From an uncultured Gammaproteobacteria bacterium (GTDB lineage: Bacteria; Patescibacteriota; Microgenomatia; CAZTEW01), in assembly GCA_964612215.1 (NCBI GenBank), contig CAZTEW010000002.1:1-63937 (forward strand): DNA of 63,937 bases, read 5' to 3'. Below the pieces are notes generated by a model that worked only from the letters and a program-made list of their open reading frames with translations, did not search any database and had not been told where the DNA came from. Made by a program: the position numbers and the translations under genes. Below, one piece after another: positions 25,195 through 33,087 of the stretch (positions are counted from its first letter, which is position 1; each line of letters begins with the position of its first letter).

Positions 25195-26690
25195 TCTCTT
25201 CTCCTTTTTTGCAGGGTAATGCCGCCCTTCACTTTCTTCTCAAAAACAATTTTACCATCGCCGCCATGAGCTAAAAGCCAGTCTCTTTGACGATCAGGAT
25301 CATAGGCGTTCGGTTCAATAATAAAATAAACAAGTTCGTTTTCGGGTCGGGGAAGATTGTGATATTTTTTTTCTGAAAGCCAGGTAAAAAGATATTGATA
25401 GGCATAAGGAGTCATTGGCGGGGTGTAAACAACACAACTAAATGGTTCACCGTCAGCATCTTGAAAAACCCCTTCGACCACCGCTTTAACATTGCGATAA
25501 ACAGCCGCATCACCTTCCCAACCAGGCTGTCTCAAGGTCATAAAAATTTTAGCTGGCTGGGCTGTAAAAACAAGATAAAAAATTAAGCCTAGCCAAAAAA
25601 CCTTTCTCGGTATTACTTGATAAAGGCGATGGAGAAGGAAAATAAAAAGGAGAGTATAAATAGTCGGCAAGCCAATCAGATAATACCACCAAAAATCACC
25701 ACCATAAAAAGAAAAAAGCAAATAGAGTCCTAATATTAGTAAAATCAAGAAATTAACTATCCGCTTCTCTGTCTTAGAAGAATTTTTCCGCAAGAAAAAA
25801 AAAGAAGCAATTCCTAAAATTAATAAAACTAAGCCTAAAAAAGAATTGCCCCTCGCCAGGGCGTTATGCCAAACACTGATAAAGGCCATTAATCTTTCCT
25901 GCGATCGCCCAAGCAAATTCCCGTCTCCGCCGACCGCCAATCCTTTCTCTCTAAGAAAATTTAAAGCATTCCTCGTCACTAAAAAGTTATGTCTCGTTTC
26001 AAAAAGGATTCGTGGTGAAAAAATCACTAAAAGACCGAGAAAAAACAAAAGCGCTTTTTTAAAAGAAACCTCTTTTCTAAAGCAAGCGATTAAAGCAAAA
26101 ATTTCTGCCAAAATGAAAAAAATCCCAAAAGCCACTTCTGATTCCAAAATTAAAGCCGAAAAAAAGCCCAGCCAAAAAAAAGCCAGCTTCTGGCTTTTTA
26201 AAAAAGCCAAAAAAAACAAAAACCAAAGCATTATAAAAAGCGGCGCTAAATTAGGACTCCAGATTTGGGTTGACATCTCGGCGTGTGAGCTGGAAAAAGC
26301 CAATAAGCTGGCTAAAATTAACGGCCAGGCCTGATTTTTAACCCCAAAAATTAATTTACCCAAAACAAATCCCAAAAAAACAATAATCATGCCGACTAAG
26401 CCCATGAAAAAAGCAATACCGACCGGATTGCCTTGAAATATTAAAAAAGGGATTGCCAAGAAGTAATACCACCAGGGTCCGTAAAAAACCCCGGCAATAC
26501 CAGTCGTCGGCCCCAGAAGGGTCAGTTTTTGATCAACAACAAGACTCCGTACCGCCAAAAGATCGCGGCCAACATCATAGGTGTAGGCAAAATCGCCGCG
26601 CCAAGCTCCCCATAAACGAATAAAGCCGGCTAAAAGAAGAATGACGGAAAAGATTATTATTTGGCGAAAACTCTTGATTTGATTCCCCAT
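25191..26690 (-). CDS. Family E polytopic membrane protein, putative GT-C glycosyltransferase (paralogue of 55452)
   Basis: 499 aa. YDVGRDLLAVRSLVVDQKLTLLGPTTGIAGVFYGPWWYYF matches GDEGRDVLVVKRMLVDHKWTLLGPTASVGGFFLGPIYYYF in the 55452 ORF. Confidence 0.65.
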   Translation of the reverse strand: MGNQIKSFRQIIIFSVILLLAGFIRLWGAWRGDFAYTYDVGRDLLAVRSLVVDQKLTLLGPTTGIAGVFYGPWWYYFLAIPFLIFQGNPVGIAFFMGLVGMIIVFLGFVLGKLIFGVKNQAWPLILASLLAFSSSHAEMSTQIWSPNLAPLFIMLWFLFFLAFLKSQKLAFFWLGFFSALILESEVAFGIFFILAEIFALIACFRKEVSFKKALLFFLGLLVIFSPRILFETRHNFLVTRNALNFLREKGLAVGGDGNLLGRSQERLMAFISVWHNALARGNSFLGLVLLILGIASFFFLRKNSSKTEKRIVNFLILLILGLYLLFSFYGGDFWWYYLIGLPTIYTLLFIFLLHRLYQVIPRKVFWLGLIFYLVFTAQPAKIFMTLRQPGWEGDAAVYRNVKAVVEGVFQDADGEPFSCVVYTPPMTPYAYQYLFTWLSEKKYHNLPRPENELVYFIIEPNAYDPDRQRDWLLAHGGDGKIVFEKKVKGGITLQKRRRE

Positions 26691-27394
26691 GACCGTAATA
26701 AATATTTAAGCAGGGTCAATAAAGTCATCAGACCATAACGCACCGACCGGAAAAAATTAATCGAGGAAGCCTCGGGAAAATAGCGCACTGGCACCGGTAT
26801 TTCACTAATCTTTAAGCCGGCGCTGACTGCGGCGATTAAAATCTCTTGATCAAAAACAAAGTCGTTAGAAAAACGCTGGAAAGGCACTGTTTGCAAAGCC
26901 CGGCGGCTGAAAGCCCGAAAACCGGTGTGATACTCGGAAAGATTCAGGCCTAAAATAATATTCTCCAGAATCGTTAAAAAGCGATTGGCAAAATATTTAT
27001 ATAAAGGCATGCCGCCAGCTAAAGCTTCTTGCCGGCTTCTGATCCGGCTGCCCAAAACAATGTCAAAGCGGCCGTCAAGAATCGGTTTGACTAAATCAGG
27101 AATTAAAGTAGCGTCGTACTGGTAGTCCGGATGAACCATCACCACAATATCCGGCTTGCTTTTTAAGGCTTCCCAATAGCAGGTTTTCTGGTTGCCGCCA
27201 TAGCCAAGATTAGTAGAATGGATAAAAACTTTTGAACCCAGTTTTTTGGCCAGCTTGACGGTCTCATCATGGCTGTCGTCATCGACAACAATGATTTCAC
27301 TGACCAGATTTTTGGGGATATCGCGATAAGTTTTGCTGATGGTTCTGGCGGCGTTGTAAGCCGGCATCACCACGGTGATTTTTTTAGGAGACAT
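26657..27394 (-). CDS. GT2 polyprenyl-phosphate glycosyltransferase (DPM1/GtrB/ArnC-like)
   Basis: 245 aa. ITVVMPAYNAARTI, IIVVDDDSHDET and HPDYQYD motifs, plus a short C-terminal amphipathic/TM tail. Confidence 0.75.
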   Translation of the reverse strand: MSPKKITVVMPAYNAARTISKTYRDIPKNLVSEIIVVDDDSHDETVKLAKKLGSKVFIHSTNLGYGGNQKTCYWEALKSKPDIVVMVHPDYQYDATLIPDLVKPILDGRFDIVLGSRIRSRQEALAGGMPLYKYFANRFLTILENIILGLNLSEYHTGFRAFSRRALQTVPFQRFSNDFVFDQEILIAAVSAGLKISEIPVPVRYFPEASSINFFRSVRYGLMTLLTLLKYLLRSWGIKSRVFAK

Positions 27395-29735
27395 GGCCTT
27401 TTTTTATTCTACTATATCCCAGCCAGAAAGCCAAAATTAAAAAGCCGCTTAGAGAAACCAGCAATCCTTGCTTAAAGCTTTGGGGGAAATAAGAGAAAAC
27501 CACTTGGTGTTCGCCCGCCGGCGAGGCGGGCACCGGTACGGCCCGGAAAGCATAATCGGCTTGATAAATCTTAGTCGGCTGGCCATTGATGGTGGCGCGC
27601 CAACCAGGATAATAAACATCAGATAAAAAAACCAAACCGTCTTGGCCGGCTTCCACTTCTAAAACCACTTTGTTCGGCTGATAAGCAAGCACTTTCACTT
27701 TTCCTTCGCCTTCTTCTTTAAATTCCCAATCACCAATAACCTCTTCTGCCAAAACCACTTTCTTTTCTAAAGAAAACTCCGGATTAAAAATCAAATCAGC
27801 CCTTTTCTGTTTGTCTTTCTCAACCACAAAATTAGCCACCCAAAAAGCCCTCGGCAGAGCTTTTTGGTATTCCCAAGCCGCCCATTTTTCTTCTTCCCAA
27901 ACCTTCTGAAAAGAATGCTCTGGCGGTAAAAACTTTTCATCTTTAAGACCAACTATATATTTAACTCCAGTCAAAGAAAGAAATCGGTATCGAAACTTGT
28001 TCTCCCAATCAATAGCCGCATCGCCAACCTGGGTGATGCTGGGCTCAATCCGGGGAATGCTTTGGCGAATTTCGCCTTGTTTATCCACGGCCTCGATTAA
28101 TTCTCCGTACCAAAGAGGATACATCGCATCAACCCCTTCAGGCGAGTAAATTTGGTAATAAGTGGCTAGGTTAGGCAAAATATGGCTCTTTCCCCAACTC
28201 CAAAATCGGTTAATGTTGGCCTCCTTGCGGAGGAATTCAAAAACCGGATGCGGGGGATAAAGAAATTCTTTTTCCGAGGCATAAAGAAACTTATTCGCCA
28301 AATAAAGCTGGGGAAAAATGGTTAAAACAAAAAGGCCGATAAGCAGCCATTTCACTGGCAAAAACTTAACGGAAAACACTAAGCCGCTAAAGCCCAGGAA
28401 AACCGCCAAAGGCAGGATCAAATTGCGAGCCATAATTTGACTCTGATAAGAACCCTGAAGCTGGCTGTGCTGTACTCCTTTTAAAAGAGCATAAAAAAAG
28501 ATTCCCAAAATAATTATTAAACCACCCTTATTTTTTCTCTTTAACAAAGAAAACCCAAAAGCAGAAAGAACAGAAAAACAAAAAGTATTAATAAAAAATA
28601 TTCTGGTTGGCAAAAAGCTGGAAATTATCGGCAGGGGCAAAGTAAGCAACCAACGAGTGGTTGGCAAATCAAAACCTAACGACAAGCTGAGAAGCCCCAA
28701 AAGACCGAAAAAGAGGACTGTTTTTCCCTGTCGCCAAAAAATAATCAGCGCCCAAAGCGCCAGGGCTAACGGCACTAAGCCAATGTACAGCATGGTTTCC
28801 TGATAAAAACCTTTGCCGAAAAAGTTATAAACCGCCGGATTGCCGAAAAAATCCGGCGCCAGAAAAGTCAGTAAATGTTCTTTAGTGGCCAGAAAGCGGT
28901 CCAATAATTCCTGGCTCTGATTTAACCCCCGGGGCGACAAAGAAAGCGCTTCCAGCGCCGGCAAAAGATGAAAACCGGCCAAAAAAAGAGCGCTGATAAA
29001 AGGATAAATGACCGGTTTTCCCCTTCTAAAAAAGGCATAGAGAAAACTAATCAACCAAACATAAAAAGTCATTTGCAGCCAGCCGGTCAAAAGAGAATTC
29101 AGGAGGCCGAAAATAGCGAGTAAAACATATTTTCTTCTGCTGGTCAGCCAGTATTTTTCAAGATTAAACAAGATAAAAGGCAGCCAGATAGCGCTGTGGC
29201 CGATGACCAAACCGTCCTCCCAGCGGGTAATCATCAAGCCGGAGAAGCTAAAAACAATCGCTCCGTATAAGGCTGCCAGCCAATCTCTGATAATTAATTT
29301 TAAAAATAAGTAAGTAAAAATCGCGCTGACCAAGGGCTGGATCACTACCAATAGCGACCAGACAAAAATCGGCTTTAAAAAGGGCAAGTAAAAAAGAAAG
29401 AAAAACGGGTAAAAAATGGCCGTTTGTGAATTGGCCAAATGAACATTGCCGGAGAAATTATAAGGATTCCAAAAGGGAATTTCCCCCAGACTGATCATCC
29501 GGTTGGTAAAAATTCTCTGCGGATAAAAAATCTTGAGATTGTCAATGCCTTGCGGCTTGCTGGGAACGCCTTGCTCCCAACCCGGAATAGTTTCTGAAGC
29601 CCAGGGCTGGAAAAAAGAAACCAAAAAATTAGCCGGAAAAGGAATCTGGCCTTTAAAAAAATAGTTCCGGAAAAAAATGAGAATTAAAAAGAGAAAAAAT
29701 AAAATAACTAAAAGATTTCTTTTCTTAGTTTTCAT
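27384..29735 (-). CDS. YfhO-family GT-C membrane glycosyltransferase
   Basis: 783 aa. FPANFLVSFFQPW, WNPYNFSGNVHLANSQTAIFYPFFF, PDFFGNP and YYPGWRATING motifs. Confidence 0.8.
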   Translation of the reverse strand: MKTKKRNLLVILFFLFLILIFFRNYFFKGQIPFPANFLVSFFQPWASETIPGWEQGVPSKPQGIDNLKIFYPQRIFTNRMISLGEIPFWNPYNFSGNVHLANSQTAIFYPFFFLFYLPFLKPIFVWSLLVVIQPLVSAIFTYLFLKLIIRDWLAALYGAIVFSFSGLMITRWEDGLVIGHSAIWLPFILFNLEKYWLTSRRKYVLLAIFGLLNSLLTGWLQMTFYVWLISFLYAFFRRGKPVIYPFISALFLAGFHLLPALEALSLSPRGLNQSQELLDRFLATKEHLLTFLAPDFFGNPAVYNFFGKGFYQETMLYIGLVPLALALWALIIFWRQGKTVLFFGLLGLLSLSLGFDLPTTRWLLTLPLPIISSFLPTRIFFINTFCFSVLSAFGFSLLKRKNKGGLIIILGIFFYALLKGVQHSQLQGSYQSQIMARNLILPLAVFLGFSGLVFSVKFLPVKWLLIGLFVLTIFPQLYLANKFLYASEKEFLYPPHPVFEFLRKEANINRFWSWGKSHILPNLATYYQIYSPEGVDAMYPLWYGELIEAVDKQGEIRQSIPRIEPSITQVGDAAIDWENKFRYRFLSLTGVKYIVGLKDEKFLPPEHSFQKVWEEEKWAAWEYQKALPRAFWVANFVVEKDKQKRADLIFNPEFSLEKKVVLAEEVIGDWEFKEEGEGKVKVLAYQPNKVVLEVEAGQDGLVFLSDVYYPGWRATINGQPTKIYQADYAFRAVPVPASPAGEHQVVFSYFPQSFKQGLLVSLSGFLILAFWLGYSRIKKGHVS
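27513..27531. repeat. Type-4 GC hairpin (GCCCGCC-GGCGA-GGCGGGC) in frame
   Basis: Encodes PASPAGEH. Confidence 0.7.
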
Positions 29736-29881
29736 AAACCTGATAAATAGTGATTGCCTGGTTTTGATAAATCTGCTGAACAGCTTCCATTTCGTCGAAA
29801 GAAGGCAGCGGATAAGGGCTGTAAATAAAAACAGCTAAAAATAGCCAGAAAAAAAAGGGCGGTTTCAATGATTATCGGCAT
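29732..29881 (-). CDS. Small hypothetical membrane protein (49 aa; below the ORF-track cutoff)
   Basis: My own translation gives MPIIIETALFFLAIFSCFYLQPLSAAFFRRNGSCSADLSKPGNHYLSGL. The ATG lies 1 nt after the upstream GT2 stop, and the TGA overlaps the YfhO ATG at 29735 (ATGA). It exactly fills an otherwise empty 147-nt gap. Confidence 0.4.
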   Translation of the reverse strand: MPIIIETALFFLAIFSCFYLQPLSAAFFRRNGSCSADLSKPGNHYLSGL

Positions 29882-29882
29882 G

Positions 29883-30590
29883 TTAAAAACGTTCTCGTAA
29901 AATTACCCAGATTGCTTTGAGGCCATCTTTCCAGGTGATTTTCTTGCCTTCGTGGTAGTCGCGGCCGGCATAACTAATCGGCACTTCGTAAATTTTAAGA
30001 CCTTTTTTTAATAACTTCGCGGTAATTTCCGGCTCAAAATCAAAACGATTGGCAGTCAGATGAAGACCGGTCAAAAGTCGACTGTTAATCAATTTATAGC
30101 CCACTTCCATATCAGAAAGCGTGGTGTTATAAAGCAGATTAATCAACAAGCTCAGCAGTTTATTACCAACCATATGCCAAAAAAACATGTTGCGGCGCTC
30201 GCCGGTGAAACGAGAACCATAAACCACCTCAGTTTTACCCTCTTTAATCGGTTTGAGCAATTTGCTAATGTCCTCGGGGTCATACTCCAGGTCAGCATCC
30301 TGAATTAAAACATAATCGCCACTGGTTTCGGCCAAGCCGGTGCGAACAGCTGCGCCTTTACCTTGATTTTCCGGATGAAAAATCACTTTGAAGCTTTGAA
30401 ACCTTTTCTCTTTTTGAGACTGTTTTTCGATGGCTGCCAAGAGTTTTTTTGTCCTGTCCGTCGAGCCGTCGTCAACCACCACTACTTCTTTCTCCACTCG
30501 GTTCAGTTCTGCTTCAGCTAGGCGCTGCAAAATTTCCCCAATCGTCTTTTCTTCGTTAAAAACGGGTACAATAATCGAGAGCTTCATCAT
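29883..30590 (-). CDS. GT2 polyprenyl-phosphate glycosyltransferase (DPM1-like)
   Basis: 235 aa. LSIIVPVFNEEKTI, VVVVDDGSTDRT and IQDADLEYDPEDI motifs. Confidence 0.8.
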   Translation of the reverse strand: MMKLSIIVPVFNEEKTIGEILQRLAEAELNRVEKEVVVVDDGSTDRTKKLLAAIEKQSQKEKRFQSFKVIFHPENQGKGAAVRTGLAETSGDYVLIQDADLEYDPEDISKLLKPIKEGKTEVVYGSRFTGERRNMFFWHMVGNKLLSLLINLLYNTTLSDMEVGYKLINSRLLTGLHLTANRFDFEPEITAKLLKKGLKIYEVPISYAGRDYHEGKKITWKDGLKAIWVILRERF

Positions 30591-30592
30591 CT

Positions 30593-32257
30593 CTATTTTA
30601 ACATGAAAGACTTCAGGCCGCGGCCAACAAGGAATAATAAAGAGAGACAGCTGATGGCTTCGCCTAAGATTCTATCCCAAGTTCTGGTAAATTTAATCAT
30701 CACCTCATGTTCGCCCTCTTCCAATGGGAATTGAATCAGCCCTGATATTAAAGTAATATCAAATTTTCTTTTTTGACCATTCCAGCCAGAGGCTGGTCCG
30801 CCTTTGGTGGAGACCCAGAGCCGCCAACCAGGATAATAAACCGTATTCAGTCGCACCTGACTATCCTCGACTGCTTTGACGCGATATTTTTGCCAATGAG
30901 AATGAACTTCTTCGCTTAAAACCTCAACTTCACCAGCCATGGCTTCTAAAACTGCCTGTCTCGGACCTTCATGTTTACCGCTAACCGACCAGCGAGGCCG
31001 GTATTCATTATAAGAATTGCTGGTTGCTGGTTTATTTAAAAAGTAGTCGTCAGTCAGATCTTGATAAAGATTGACGCGCAGATGGTTGCGGTTGCCATAA
31101 AAAGTTAAAGCCAATAAAAAAATGGTCAGCGGCAAGAAAAGAGTCTTTTTTTTGAGAGCTGTTAAAACCCCGCCGGTGATTAAAGAACTAAAAAGAGTGG
31201 TCAAGGCCAAGTAGCGAAAAGGAAAGTCAATCTTTAGAAAAAAGCTGATCGCTTGCCAATAAGGATTGGCAACAGGCAGCATCAAAAAAACTGCGCTGAA
31301 GAAAAAAACTATCAATAAGCCGAGCAACCGCTGGCGTTGTCGCCACCAAACCAAAACTGCTAAAGCTACCGCCAACCACTGAGCAATGCCAACCTGAAAA
31401 GACATGGCATCGAGTTCGGTCCCGGGATGGGATAAACCATAGCCCCAAGATGAATAGATTAATTGTTTTAGGCTAGGAAAGTGATCGCGATAAAAAACCA
31501 TCATTTCTTGGGAAAACATGGTCTCTTTTTTTTCTACTAGGGCTGGCAGCCAGTAAAAGGCGCTGAGGGCTAGCGCCAGAATTATGAATTTAGAATTATG
31601 AATTATGAATGCTTTTTTATCTTTCCTCTGGTAAAGAAAAAAGATAATCAAAACCAGTAAAAAAGGCAAAAATAAAAAGGCCAGCATCATGTGAGAAAGA
31701 AAAAGACAGGCTAAAAAGATGCCGCCGAAAATAGGCTTTTTTGCCAACACCGCCCAAATCAAAAGCGGCAAGAAGAGAAAACAAACCGCCTCGCCTAAGC
31801 TGGCTCTGACCAAAATGGTGGAAAAGCGCCACGGCGTCCAAAGATAAAAAACAGCGCCGGTAAAAGCTGCCAATCGGTTTGACCAAAGTTTTTTTTGCGT
31901 CAAATACATCGCCAGGCCGGACAAAACATAAGTCAGAATAAAAACCGCCTTAATTGAATCAATAAACGAAAGTCCTATTAAATGAAAAAAAGTGCCTAAA
32001 TAAAAAGGGAAGCGGTAGATGAAAATAAAAAGAGGGTAACCATAGCCATCAAAAGCCGGTGGGCCGGCCCAGCGCACCGGCAGCTGACCATCCTTTAATC
32101 CTTTGACAAAATGAATTAGTCTGATAACTTGATGTTCGCCGTCGTGGCTGGTATAAAAGCCCGGCTGAAAAAGGGCTTTCACACCAAAAACACCAATGAG
32201 AAGCAATAAAATTAAAGCCAGCCAATCAATCTTTTTCATGAAAAAACCAATGTTCAA
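30593..32257 (-). CDS. Family A polytopic membrane protein, putative GT-C glycosyltransferase
   Basis: 554 aa. SHDGEHQVIRL, AFYWLPAL and VYYPGWRLWV motifs. Alternative ATG at 32239. Confidence 0.7.
   Translation of the reverse strand: MNIGFFMKKIDWLALILLLLIGVFGVKALFQPGFYTSHDGEHQVIRLIHFVKGLKDGQLPVRWAGPPAFDGYGYPLFIFIYRFPFYLGTFFHLIGLSFIDSIKAVFILTYVLSGLAMYLTQKKLWSNRLAAFTGAVFYLWTPWRFSTILVRASLGEAVCFLFLPLLIWAVLAKKPIFGGIFLACLFLSHMMLAFLFLPFLLVLIIFFLYQRKDKKAFIIHNSKFIILALALSAFYWLPALVEKKETMFSQEMMVFYRDHFPSLKQLIYSSWGYGLSHPGTELDAMSFQVGIAQWLAVALAVLVWWRQRQRLLGLLIVFFFSAVFLMLPVANPYWQAISFFLKIDFPFRYLALTTLFSSLITGGVLTALKKKTLFLPLTIFLLALTFYGNRNHLRVNLYQDLTDDYFLNKPATSNSYNEYRPRWSVSGKHEGPRQAVLEAMAGEVEVLSEEVHSHWQKYRVKAVEDSQVRLNTVYYPGWRLWVSTKGGPASGWNGQKRKFDITLISGLIQFPLEEGEHEVMIKFTRTWDRILGEAISCLSLLFLVGRGLKSFMLK
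30786..30810. repeat. Type-3 palindromic micro-insertion (KGGPASGW cassette)
   Basis: CCAGAGGCTGGTCCGCCTTTGGTGG, identical to 5782-5806. Encodes STKGGPASGW. Confidence 0.8.
31577..31610. repeat. Period-7 repeat block containing the 28-nt string CAGAATTATGAATTTAGAATTATGAATT
   Basis: aattatg aatttag aattatg aattatg. Encodes FIIHNSKFIIL before the YWLPAL motif. Confidence 0.85.
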
Positions 32258-33086
32258 TGGCCCAGAAAAAAGCGAGAAGAAAAAGGCCTCGGGATTTAAT
32301 GGTGGTGAAAATGAGGTGATAAGGTAGCCAGAAAAGATGGCTCAGCCATTGTCGGAGATTAGCATTGCGCCAGACAAAAAGAAATTGATTTCTATAGGCG
32401 ATCAACTCCACTGGCCGCGGTGAATATTTTTGCTTAATCGCGCCTTGCTCATGTTCATGAACCACCGCTGACTGAGGTTCAAAAACCAGCCGGTAGCCGG
32501 CCTGAACCGCCCGGTAAGAAAGATCAATGTCTTCCCAGTAAAAAGGATTATAAATCTCGCTGAAGCCACCTAATTGAAGAAAGGTTGATTTCCGAAAAGC
32601 ACCGCTGCCAGCGGCTACCCAAGCAGTGTCACTCTGGTCAATCTCGCCGCGCTGGTGGACATAAAAACCCCGTTGCCACTGAGCCACTCCCCTGCCCCGC
32701 AAAACCACTTTATCTCCTTCGACGCTCTTATCCATCATGCCCACTGCAAAAACTTTCGGATCGCTAAAGTGTGGTAATAACGGCGCTAAAAAACCCTTTT
32801 CCGGATAAACATCAGTGTTTAATAAAACGATTATCTCAGCTTTAGCGGCCCGAACGCCGCGATTCACTGTTGACGCAAATCCGAGATTCTTTTGATTTTT
32901 AATTAATTTAATTATTCTTTTATTATTTATTAACGAGTTAACGAGTTGAACTGATCTATCCGTTGAGTTATCGTCAACCACAATAATTTCTCTACACTGT
33001 TTACCAACAGCAACAATCACCTGCGACAGATGGCGACGCAGTAACGCTTCGCCGTTGTAATTAGGAATAACAATGCTGACTGTCAT
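32226..33086 (-). CDS. GT2-family glycosyltransferase
   Basis: 286 aa. VSIVIPNYNGEALL, IIVVDDNSTDRS and NLGFA motifs. Confidence 0.8.
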   Translation of the reverse strand: MTVSIVIPNYNGEALLRRHLSQVIVAVGKQCREIIVVDDNSTDRSVQLVNSLINNKRIIKLIKNQKNLGFASTVNRGVRAAKAEIIVLLNTDVYPEKGFLAPLLPHFSDPKVFAVGMMDKSVEGDKVVLRGRGVAQWQRGFYVHQRGEIDQSDTAWVAAGSGAFRKSTFLQLGGFSEIYNPFYWEDIDLSYRAVQAGYRLVFEPQSAVVHEHEQGAIKQKYSPRPVELIAYRNQFLFVWRNANLRQWLSHLFWLPYHLIFTTIKSRGLFLLAFFWAIEHWFFHEKD

Positions 33087-33087
33087 C

